DNA from: Mobula hypostoma
Taxonomy: Eukaryota
Direction: 5' to 3'
Assembly: GCF_963921235.1 (NCBI RefSeq)
Contig: NC_086097.1
Span: forward strand, 225,062,001-225,126,000
Length of the DNA stretch: 64,000 nucleotides
Shown in pieces: positions 38,155-48,849 of this stretch. Made by a program: the position numbers and the translations under genes. Under the pieces are notes generated by a model. That model ran no database searches. It saw only the letters and a list, made by a program, of their open reading frames with translations, and had not been told where the DNA came from. How positions within the stretch are numbered: the stretch's first letter is position 1; each line of letters begins with the position of its first letter.

Positions 38155-38550
38155 ATCCCTCCCTCTTCTCTCTCTTCCCTATTCTGGCTCCCTCTTACCA
38201 CTTTTCTTCTCTTCACCTGATCATCACCTCCCTCTGATAACACTCCTCCTTCCTTTTCTCATAGGGTCCAATCTTATTTCCTATCAGATTCCTTCTTCTT
38301 CAGTCCCTTAACTTTTCCATCTATCACATCCCAGCTTCTCACGTCACCATCCCTTTCCTCCCGGCCACCTAGTTGAACTTATCATCTGCCAGCTTGTACT
38401 CTTTCCCCTCCCTCCACCTTCTTATTCGGGTTTCTTCCTCTTTCCTCTCCAGTACTGAAGTGTTTTGACCTGAAATGTTGACTGTTTATTCATCCCTGTA
38501 GATGTTGCCTGACCTGCTGAGTTCCTCCAGCATATGGTGTTGTGTTGACT
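38155..38550 (+). mobile_element. Penelope 3' tail/pLTR fragment
   Basis: Homologous to the other pLTR copies, with a decayed hammerhead at ~38450-38485. Confidence 0.8.
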
Positions 38551-38657
38551 CCAAAAGTTAGTGTTGCTTAATGTCTTTTATTGCTAAAACTGTGCTGCTG
38601 TTTAAAAATGTGCCAGTGAAGATAGTGATTGAGTCCAGATGCCTTGTAAACCATTTT

Positions 38658-39260
38658 AGATTAGATTAGATTAGATTATGAGGACACACAATCCTCCTTC
38701 ATTGTCATTTAGTAATGCATGCATTAAGAAATGATACAATTTATTCCTCCAGAATGATATCACAGAAACACAAGACAAACCAAGACTAAAAAAAAACTGA
38801 CAAAAACCACATAATTATAACATATAGTTACAACAATGCAAAGCAATACTGTAATTTGATGAAGAACAGACCATAGGCACGGTAATAAAAAGTCTCAAAT
38901 TCTCTCGAAAGTCCCATTATCTTACGCAGACAGTTGAAGGGAGAAACTCTCCCTGTCATGAGCTTCCAGCGCCACAAACTTGCTGATGCAGCATCCTAGA
39001 AGCACCCGAACACAGTCCGACTCTGAGTCCGTCCGAAAACTTCGAACCTCCGACACCGAGCACTGAGCACCATCTCTGCCGAGCGCTTCGATCCCAGGCC
39101 CGGCAACAGGCAATAGGCAAAGCCGAGGATTTGGGGCCTTCCCCTCCCGAGATTCTCGATCACACAGTAACAGCGGCAGCAAAGCAGGCATTTCAGAAGT
39201 TTCTCCAGATGTTCCTCCGTGATTCTCACGTCCGTCTCCATCAAATCAGGATTAGTGCAT
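38658..39260 (-). mobile_element. Unclassified non-autonomous retroelement, copy 2 (5'-truncated)
   Basis: (AATCT)n 3' tail. TSD aaccatttt at 38649-38657 and 39261-39269. Confidence 0.85.
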
Positions 39261-39518
39261 AACCATTTTTGATTAATGCATGTGGATATAAATTGAGGAG
39301 AATCTTACCTCAAAATGGCATTTCCAGGAAAGCTCCGTGGGACTGTTTCTGACATACAGTACATGAGTTAAAGCTCAGAAAAAATAATAAAGTTTTAAAA
39401 TACCCTGTAATGTAAAAAAACCCTCTACATGTTCTGAGAGTCTTTTAGGCCAGGGTCACTCTTTGTGAAGATGAATAATAGTGAATCATTGAAGGATATC
39501 AGTGTTACTAGTGTAGTA

Positions 39519-41903
39519 GAACATAGAACATAGAATAGCACAGCACAGTACAGGCCCTTCAGCCCACAATGTTGTGCCGACCCTTAAACCCTGCCTCCCA
39601 TATAACCCCCCACCTTAAATTCCTCCATATACCTGTCTAGTAGTCGCTTAAATTTCATTAGTGTATCTGCCTCCACCACTGACTCAGGCAGTGCATTCCA
39701 CACACCAACCACTCTCTGAGTAAAGAGCCTTCCTCTAATATCCCCCTTGAACTTCACACCCCTCACTTTAAAGCCATGTCCTCTTGTACTGAGCAGTGGT
39801 GCCCTGGAGAAGAGGCACTGGCTGTCCACTCTGTCTATTCCTCTTACTATCTTGTAAATCTCTATCATGTCTCCTCTCATCCTCCTTCTCTCCAACGAGT
39901 AAAGCCCTAGCTCCCTTAATCTCTGATCATAATGCTTACTTTCTAAACCAGGCAGCATCCTGGTAAATCTCCTCTGTACCCTTTCCAATGCTTCCACATC
40001 CTTCCTATAGTGAGGTGACCAGAACTGGACACAATACTCCAAGTGTGGCCTAACCAGAGTTTTATAGAGCTGCATCATTACCTGGCGACTCAAACTCTAT
40101 CCCTCAACTTATGAAAGCTAACACCCCATAAGCTTTCTTAACTACTCTATCTACCTGTGAGGCAACTTTCAGAGTTCTGTGGACATGTACCCCAGGCCCC
40201 TCTGCCCCTCCACGCTACCAAGTATCCTGCCATTTACTTTGTACTCTGCCTTGGAGTTTGTCCTTCCAAAGTGTACCACCTCACACTTCTCCGGGTTGTA
40301 CTCCATCTGCCAATTCTCAGCCCACTTCTGAATCCTATCAATGTCCTCTACACTATCCACAACACCACCAACCTTTGTGTCATCTACAAACTTGCCAACC
40401 CACCCTTCTACTCCCACATCCAGGTCGTTAATAAAAATCACGAAAAGTAGAGGTCCCAGAACCGATGCTTGTGGGACACCACTAGTCACAATCCTCCAAT
40501 CTGAATGTACTCCCTCCACCACGACCCTCTGCTTTCTGCAGGCAAGCCAATTCTGAATCCACCTGGCCAAACTTCCCTGGATCCCATGCCTTCTGACTTT
40601 CTGCATAAACCTACCATGTGGAACCTTGTCAAATGCCTTACTAAAATCCATGTAGATCACATCCACTGCACTACCCTCATCTATATGCCTGGTCACCTCC
40701 TCTATCAGGCTTGTTAGACACAATCTGCCCTTCACAAAGCCATGCTGACTGTCCCTGATCAGACCATGATTCTCCAAATGCCCATAGATCCTATCTCTAA
40801 GAATCTTTTCCAACAGCTTTCCCACCACAGACGTAAGGCTCACTGGTCTATAATTACCTGGACTGTCCCTACTACCTTTCTTGAACAAGCGGACAACATT
40901 CGCCTCCCTCCAGTCCTCCGGTACCATTCCCGTGGACAACGAGGACATAAAGATCCTAGCCAAAGGCTCAGCAATCTCTTCCCTCGCCTCGTGGAGCAGC
41001 CTGGGGAATATTCCATCAGGCCCCAGGAACCTATCCGTTCTAATGTATTTTAGCAACTCCAACTCCTCCTCTCCCTTAATATCAACATGCTCTAGAACAT
41101 CGATCTCACTCATATTGTCTTCACTGTCATCAAGTTCCCTCTCATTGGTGAATACTGAAGAGAAGTATTCATTGAGGACCTCGCTCACTTCCACAGCCTC
41201 CAGGCATATTTTCCCACCTTTATCTCTAATCGGTCCTACCTTCACTTCTGTCATCCTTTTGTTCTTCAAATAATTGAAGAATGCCTTGGGGTTTTCCTTT
41301 ACCGTACTTTCCAAGGCCTTCTCATGCCCCCTTCTTGCTCTTCTCAGCCCCTTCTTAAGCTCCTTTCTTGCTTCCCTATATTCCTCAATAGACCCATCTG
41401 ATCCTTGCTTCCTAAACCTCATGTATGCTGCCTTCTTACACCTGACTAGATTTTCCATCTCACTTGTCACCTGTGGTTCCTTCACCCTACCATTCTTTAT
41501 CTTCCTCACTGGGACAAATTTATCCCCCACATCCTGCAAGAGATCTCTAAACATCAACCATATGTTCATAGTACATTTCCCTGCAAAAACATCATCTCAA
41601 TTCACACCTGCAAATTCTAGCCTTATAGCCTCATAATTTGCCCTTCCCCAATTAAAAATTTTCCTGTCCTCTCTGATTCTATCCTTTTCCATGATCATGC
41701 TAAAGGCCAGGGAGTGGTGGTCACTGTCCCCCAGATGCTCACCCACTGAGAGATCTGTGACCTGACCCGGTTCGTTACCTAATACTAGATCTAGTATGGC
41801 ATTCCCCCAGTCAGCCTGTCAATATACCGTGACAGGAATCCGTCCTGGACACACTTAACAAACTCTGCCCCGTCTAAACCATTGGAAGTAATCAGATGCC
41901 AAT
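39519..41903 (-). mobile_element. Young CR1/HER1 LINE ORF2 (EN end plus RT), 5'-truncated
   Basis: 466-aa ORF with YRPVSLTS, YMDFSKAFDKVPH, VPQASVLGP and FVDDTK, plus a 169-aa C-terminal ORF. Very similar to 29464-30328. Confidence 0.95.
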
Positions 41904-42358
41904 GCAAGAGTTTTGCATGTATCTCCAAAGGTATCAATGAGCTGAATAGTATGTTGCTGAAATTTTGCACAGCTGGATTTATGTCACCGGAATCATTTGT
42001 GTGAAACTGCTCCTCACTCTCAATGGATACATTCTTAACAGTATTATCCAGTCTAGGTGAATAAACAAAAAGACAAACTTTGAAGATACAGATCTCCCTT
42101 CATAGTGGCCAGATATTTTTGCAAAAATGGTACCATCTAATCGAAATTATCTTTGTTGCTCACAGGAAGTTTTTGACTCCTTTGGAACTGACACTAATGG
42201 GTGAATCCTGAATGACTTCACAGCCTGATTGTCCACAGTCATTTGGAATGGGCTCCTCCCTCAGTCACCGCATGAACTCCTCCAGAGATAGAGCAATAAA
42301 ATCTCAGCAGTTGTACTCAGAGCACCGCACGCACGCAGGCAGGCACGTACGCACGCAG

Positions 42359-42360
<2 letters not shown>

Positions 42361-42408
<48 letters not shown>

Positions 42409-42421
42409 ACACACACACACA
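42361..42421. repeat. (CA)n microsatellite
   Basis: Read directly from the sequence. Confidence 0.97.
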
Positions 42422-43105
42422 CCCTTGTTCAACCCATCAATGGCTCAGTGGAATTGCTGTAAGGGAGAGAGGAAATATTGCATTATTCACAGCATCTGTA
42501 TTACTTATGTTAATTCAAAAGTAAATTATTTAAAGTAATTTCTTGTATTTTATATGCCTTAATTTTAAAACACTTTTTAACAGCTTTAACACAAACAGGA
42601 GAAAACCTGCAGATATTGGAAATCCAAAAGTCCTGCTAAAGGACGGGCGGGAGGAGAAGATGGCAGTGCGCCTGCGTGTGCGCAGCCCGCCGGTGAAAAA
42701 TGATATCTGTTAAATAGGGGCCGTGGACAATTCTGATTTGATGGAGAATGGACGTGAAAGCACAGAGAAACATCTGGCGAAATTTCTGAAACGCCCATTT
42801 GCTGCTGTCGTTACTGTGTGGTCGGGAATCTTTCGGAGGGTAGGCCTCAAAATCCCCGGCCTTGCCTGCTTTTGGCGACCAAGAAGGACAGAGATGGTGC
42901 TCAGTACTTGGTGTCGGAGAGCTGAACAGAGCTCAAAGTTTTCGGATGACTCAGAGTCGGACCGTGGTCGGCATGGCAGGGAGAGTTTTTCTTCCTTCTC
43001 CCGTCTGCATGAGATGTGGGACATTTGAGAAACTTTGAACTTTACTGTGCTCATGGACTTCTTCATCAAGTTATGGTATTGTTGTACTGTGTAACTATAT
43101 GTTAT

Positions 43106-43686
43106 TTTAATTCCACATCCCATTCCATTTCTGACATGTCTATCCACAGCCTCCTCTACTGTAAAGATGAAGCCACACTCAGGTTGGAGGAACAACACCT
43201 TATATTCCGTCTGGGTAGCCTCCAACCTGATGGCATGAATATTGACTTCTCTAACTTCCACTAATGCCCCACCTCCGCCTCGTACCCCATCCGTTATTTA
43301 TTTATATTCACACATTCTTTCTCTCACTCTCCTTTTTCTCCCTCTGTCCCTTGCCCATCCTCTGGGTTTTTTCCCCTCCTCCCCCTTTTCCTTCTCCCTA
43401 GGCCTCCTGTCCCGTAATCCTCTCATATCCCTTTTGCCAATCACCTGTCCAGCTCTTGGCTCCATCCCTCCCCCTCCTGTCTTTTCCTATCATTTCGGAT
43501 TTCCCCCTCCCCCTCCCACTTTCAAATCTCTTACTAGCTCTTCCTTCAGTTAGTCCTGACGAAGGGTCTCGGCCTGAAACGTCGACCGTACCTCTTCCTA
43601 GACATGCTGCCTGGCCTGCTGCGTTCACTAGCAACTTTGATGTGTGTTGCTTGAATTTCCAGCATCTGCAGAATTCCTCATGTTTG
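43106..43686 (+). mobile_element. Young Penelope 3' fragment
   Basis: Encodes FNSTSHSISDMSIHSLLYCKDEATLRLEEQHLIFRLGSLQPDGMNIDFSNFH. TSD tgttat at 43100-43105 and 43687-43692. Confidence 0.92.
43551..43588 (+). ncRNA. Minimal type-I hammerhead ribozyme motif in a Penelope pLTR
   Basis: Reads uagUC-CUGACGA-AGG(gucucgg)CCU-GAAAC-GUC^GAccg. Core boxes are intact and stem III is a loopless palindrome. Confidence 0.75.
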
Positions 43687-44325
43687 TGTTATAATTATGT
43701 GGTTTTGTCAGTTTTTTCAGTCTTGGTTGGTCCTGTGTTTTGTGATATCACACCGGAGGAAATAATGTATCATTTCTCAATGCATGCATTACTAATTGAC
43801 AATAAAAGAGGACTACGTGTCTTCATAATCTAAAGGGTCCCGGCCAGAAAAGTTGACTGTACTCTTTTCCATTGATGCTGCCTGGCCTACTGAATTCCTC
43901 CAGCATTTTGTGTGTGTTAACAGCTTTATGTTTTCTTATAGTAAGTTTAACTTCTGAATATCAGAAACATTCATGTACATTCAGTCAGCTTTGCCAGCTT
44001 TGCCAGTTTCTTCAGACAGCTGTGTGGCTTAATTTGTCAAAGCAATTCTGCCGGATTAAGATTGCAAGGTTCTGCATTATGCTTGAACCTCTTGATCGGG
44101 TCAGAGTGTGTTTTGTCGAGGATGTTCTCACCACAGAATCCACTCCAATGTGTTTAGTGGGCTTAGCAAAGCACTGAATAGCTGAGAGGTAGTTGTGGGT
44201 AGATGAGTGGTGAGCACTGTGCGTAAATTCCAGCCCTGTAAAGACTAATCAAAAGCCAGAAATAATGGTGACTGTTGCTAAAACTCATGATCCTAAAGCA
44301 TAAATCAAACAATCATAACTCAAAT

Positions 44326-44690
44326 CAACACACACAAAATGCTGAGGAGCTCTGCAGGTCAGGTAGCATCTATGGAAAAGAATAAATAGACAATATTCTG
44401 GGCCGAGGCCCTTCTTCAGGACTGGAAAGGAAGGGGAAAGATGCCAGAATAAAAAGAGGGGGAGGGGAAGAAGGCTAGCTGAAAAGAGGTAGGTGGAGCT
44501 AGGTGGGAGGGAAAATTAAAGGGCTGGAGAAGAAGAAGTCTGATAGGAAAGAAGAGAGGGTCATAGGAGAAAGGGAAGGAGGAAGGAGCCTGGGGGAGTG
44601 ATACGCAGGAGAGAATAGGTAAGAGGCCGGAGTAGGGAATAGAGGGAGAGCAGAGAGGGACAGATTTTTTTACCGGAAGGAAATATCATA
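44326..44690 (-). mobile_element. Penelope 3' tail/pLTR fragment
   Basis: Reverse-complement pLTR with ccagtcctgaagaagggcctcggccc. Confidence 0.8.
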
Positions 44691-46890
44691 ACTTAAACTA
44701 ATTGTTTCTCATAGACATTGAAAAGTTAATTTTATTTCCATGTTCTGTACATTTTTTAACATACTACACTAGTTTTTTTTTCCTGGCTAGTCAACAATAT
44801 TGTTAGGTAATGGGACATTTACTTCATTTTCAAACTTTATGACTCTGTCTAACCTAGGATGCAGTATTAACACTAAGGCTTTACTTGGATCAACACTCCC
44901 CCAGCCACCTGGCAACATTCAGGGGTCAAAGGGAGCCATGATCAGTATTAAGATCCGACCACCTCCACCCACAAGGAACAGGTAACCATCTGACATTCTC
45001 CACTTGCATTCAGAACAGGAACTGTCTGCCTTTCTAGTCATTAATTGGGAGTATTCTGAACAGACATGAAGTTTTCCATTTTAGGAACAAATGGGCTAAA
45101 GTAAGAATGGGGATGGGCAGAAGTTCAGAAATGGAAGCTTATTTGTGTAAATGAACAAAATCAAACAGGATAAACTACAACTATACGTAATCATGCCTAC
45201 CTAGTGAATGTCCATGTAGTCATATCAGATGAATATACACACCTAGAGGAGGAATAAATAACCTCTCCCTTCCTAAATCAGGGTTACTTTTCAGTTGTCA
45301 ACATTAAAGTTGCCAATAATGATTGGAATGTTCTTTAGGTGTTCCCTGACTTGTGTAATGTCACTCCTCGATCTATCTCTTCATGTTGCAAGTAGGGTCA
45401 ACGTATCACCGGCTACTACATAGTTTGAAATGCACAGAAGGTGCTCTTCTTTTATGAAAGAAGAAAAGGTAGCTCAGATGTTTAGTTTTTGTGAATGACT
45501 GATCCGTATACAAACCATTAGCCCGATATTTTCTTTTCCTGATGCTGACAGATCTGCTCTGACTCATATGCATTTTCTTTCAGTTTTCTTTCAAATTTCC
45601 AGAAATTAAAACATCTCCTTCTTTGTAATAATTCTTTAGTTTCATAGTCTGCTTTTCACTGTATTGATTTTCATATGCCACTTCTGATTCTGGCTATAAA
45701 TTACAGGACAAGGTGAATAGTAACAACGAGACTGACTGAGAGGAATTTAGCCTGAAATGTTAACTATTTCCACTTCTACAGACACTTCCTGACCTATTGA
45801 GTTTTTCCAGCTTTTATTGCTCCTATTTCAGTGTTATAAGTAGAGTAGGTATTTCTTCAGGGGGAAGAAAGTGGAGGAGTACCATTCCATACAGTTTAGT
45901 GCAGCTTTCTTCAGTCAAAATAGTTACTGGAATAGAGCAAGAAAAACACAATGCCAACTTCAAGGCCATAATTGATTTGGACTGTCAGGAGGAGAGAAAA
46001 TATAGTCATAGTCATAGTCATACTTTATTGATCCCAGGGGGAAATTAGTTTTCGTTACGAATATGACGTTAAAATTTAGTTATATTTCGTGAATATTTCG
46101 TTAAGATATGATAAAATGAACTCTTGGCCACACATCTAACTTGCTATGATCTTGTACTTTAACGTTTTCCTGCACTGTACTTTTTGGTAGCGTGTACCCT
46201 TTATTCTGCATTGTGCTTTTTTTTAAATCTTACTCTAGCTCAACATAGTGTGTAAAAAAATTGATCTGTATAAACAATGAGCAAAACAAGCTCTTCACTG
46301 TATCTTGGTACATGTGACAATAATAAACCAGTACCAACAAAAAATACAATCATCCCCTCTGCCATCAGATTTCTGAATGGACTTTGAACCCATGAACACT
46401 ACCTCACTCCTTTTTTATAATTTCCAATTCTTTTGCACTACTTATTTAATTTAACTATATATATATTTAATGTAATTCCCAGTTTTCTTTTTTTCTCTAT
46501 TATCATGTATTGCATTGTACTACTGCTGCAAAGTTAACAACTTTCACAACATATGCTGATGATATTAAACCTAATTCTAAATATAAGATGAGAGAATTTG
46601 TCGGAGTAAGATTGAATATGTGGACATGTTCCCCTTGAATTAATGCCATTTAATGAATTAAGATTGTTCTTTTAACTTTTCCTTAACTTTGAACCATAGT
46701 CTTAAAACAATAACTTGAGCTACAGGGGTATGAGCACTAAATGTGCTTAGTGGTCACCTCACCACATGAGTTGAGGTGACACCTCTAGCTGAGCACACTC
46801 ATTCTTCATGCCCATTATTGGGAAGCTGTCTTTCTTCCTGCCGAGACTTAAATCATGAGTATTGAAAGATAAGTGAAGCAATGGCAAAAT

Positions 46891-47224
46891 TGAGAGATGT
46901 GAGCTGGCTCCTATTGACATGTTCACTTTACTGTCAGCCAATCACCTCCCAGTCTCCACACAGGAGTTACCTGCTACTTGTTTCCAACTCATCACCTGCA
47001 GCCTATTTAAACCCAGATCTCACCTACAGTCCTTGTTCACCCAGCCTCACCCAATTGCTCCCAGCCTTCAGTTACCATGCTGCCTTGTCGTTTTAAGTAT
47101 CCGCCCTCTCTTGTTTTGTGGCCCCTCATGGCTTGTTATTTTGGCAGTTAATTATTAATCACTCACTGCTAAATTGTCTCTGATATTCTGCACTTGGGTC
47201 AAGCCTCATCTACATTTCCTGACA
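46891..47224 (+). mobile_element. Solo-LTR-like element
   Basis: cacctg...tatttaaa (TATA-like), ctgcacttgggtc and terminal TGACA. The left boundary is approximate. Confidence 0.55.
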
Positions 47225-48105
47225 TTTTACAACAGTCCCCGGCAGCACATTCCGTGCACTCATCACTCTGTGCAAAACTACCTCTGATATCTCGCCTATA
47301 CTTTGATACAATTTCTTGAATTGTATCTGAGACAAGCAGCAGATTTACCTAGAAAACCCAATAGACTGCAGATGCCAGCACCAGGAGCGACACACAAAAG
47401 CCTGGAGGAACTCAGCAAGTCAGGCATCTATGGAGGGAAGTGAACAGTTGATGTTTCAAATTTAGATCATAGAAAAAGGAATCACAACCTTTTAACAAGG
47501 CCCAGATTATTTCATTTTACCTAAAAGTAACAGCTGATGAAATAAGGTTCAAATATGATCTTTGACGAATGTTAACTAATAGATTTTGCTCGCTATTTTA
47601 TTTCATCTCCATATTATCAAACTAGATTCTTTCTTGCTTCCTTTTAAGTTTTGCTGGGAGAGGACTGATTGTTTTAAAAAAAGGGGGAGGGGGGACCGTG
47701 GGAAAAAATTACCTGAAAACTAAATAATGTGAACATTTTATTGCAGTAAAAAAATGTAAAAAATAGTTGGGAACCCCTGGCATAGAGGAAAGACAGTTTA
47801 AAAAAGTGAACGGGGCAGTCAGCACTTTCTGCATTTGGGAATTCAAAATCGGCAGATACCAGGAAACTAAATTGTGAACTCTAGTTTATTTTTCCACGGA
47901 AGTTGTCTTATCTGCTGAGTGTTTCTAGCATTTTCTCTTTTTATTCCATGAAACTTCTGTTTTGGAATAAACAGCTAGCTCAGGACTATTCACTACAGTT
48001 GACACTTCTCTTGTCCCACCGTTCCAGTGGAGACATCAGATTGCGTGGAGGGAGGGAGAGAGAGAGTTTAAAAGGAGCAAGTGGGGCAGTAGGAACTTTT
48101 TACCC

Positions 48106-48191
48106 ACTACAATTCCCGAGGAGGCATTGGATTGCATAGAGGGCGGCATTCGACACTTTTTGCATGCTACATTTCCTAAGGAGACATTGGG
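48106..48191. promoter_or_regulatory. Candidate ZNF143/THAP11-type promoter module
   Basis: Exact ACTACAATTCCC at 48106-48117 and a variant GCTACATTTCCT at 48166-48177, each followed by CATTGG. A GC-box-like agggcggc lies between them. Confidence 0.5.
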
Positions 48192-48209
48192 TTGTGTATA
48201 ATTAGGCAC

Positions 48210-48550
48210 TTGGCAGGGCCAACAAAAAGAAGTGAGGCTTAAGTGGATTGTGTGAGTGGGCCAGAGTTAAAGTGGGGAGTTGAGGCTTTGGCTTATCGAG
48301 GCTTAGGAGATAAGAGTCATAGGGGCAATATGTAGATTTCATTTTTTCATGATTTATTCTTTCTTTCTGTCTTCTTGCACAGTTGGAGCAGTGGAGGTGC
48401 CAGACAGGATAGTTGAATGCTCCTTTTGTAGTGGGACCTCCAGTGTCCGTGATGACTACAACTGCAGGAAGTGCATCCAGCTGGACCTTCTGAAAGACAA
48501 CGTTAAGTAGCTGGTGTTGGAACTGGATGAACTCTGGATCATTTGGGAGA
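48210..48550 (+). mobile_element. CR1 5' UTR plus ORF1 N-terminus (zinc finger/leucine zipper remnant)
   Basis: VECSFC...SVRDDYNCRKCIQLDLLKDNVK*LVLELDELWII. Confidence 0.7.
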
Positions 48551-48849
48551 TTAATGTTGAAGTCCATTTCACAGGGTAAAACATCTATTAATTGCCAATT
48601 AAAATGTTGAGGAAGATTGTGACATTGAAGTAAATGTGGATGGATTTGGTGGGAGGGGGGGTTTAATGTTTGGGATGCACTTCTTTTTTGTGCAGGTGGG
48701 GTTGGAGGGTTTCATTTTCCTCACTGAACAACTTTCATGTTCTTTCTTTGTGGTTATGTGGAGAAGACAAATTTCAGAGTTGTAAATGGATACATGCTTT
48801 GATAATAAATGAACCTTTTAATCTTTGAACCCTTTTTTTGAAACTTTGG

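Larger units (their letters stand above)
42643..43829 (+). mobile_element. Unclassified non-autonomous retroelement, copy 3
   Basis: 5' ggaggagaagatggc, 3' gacaataaa...aatct. TSD ctaaagg at 42636-42642 and 43830-43836. Confidence 0.85.
42589..43916. mobile_element. Rearranged Penelope pLTR hosting two nested insertions
   Basis: An inverted pLTR terminus (42589-42628) joined to a forward pLTR part. 12-bp TSD ttaacagcttta at 42577-42588 and 43917-43928. Confidence 0.75.

Noticed and set aside
42710..43261. 183-aa ORF
   Set aside because: An antisense chimeric read-through across the Penelope/retroposon junction.
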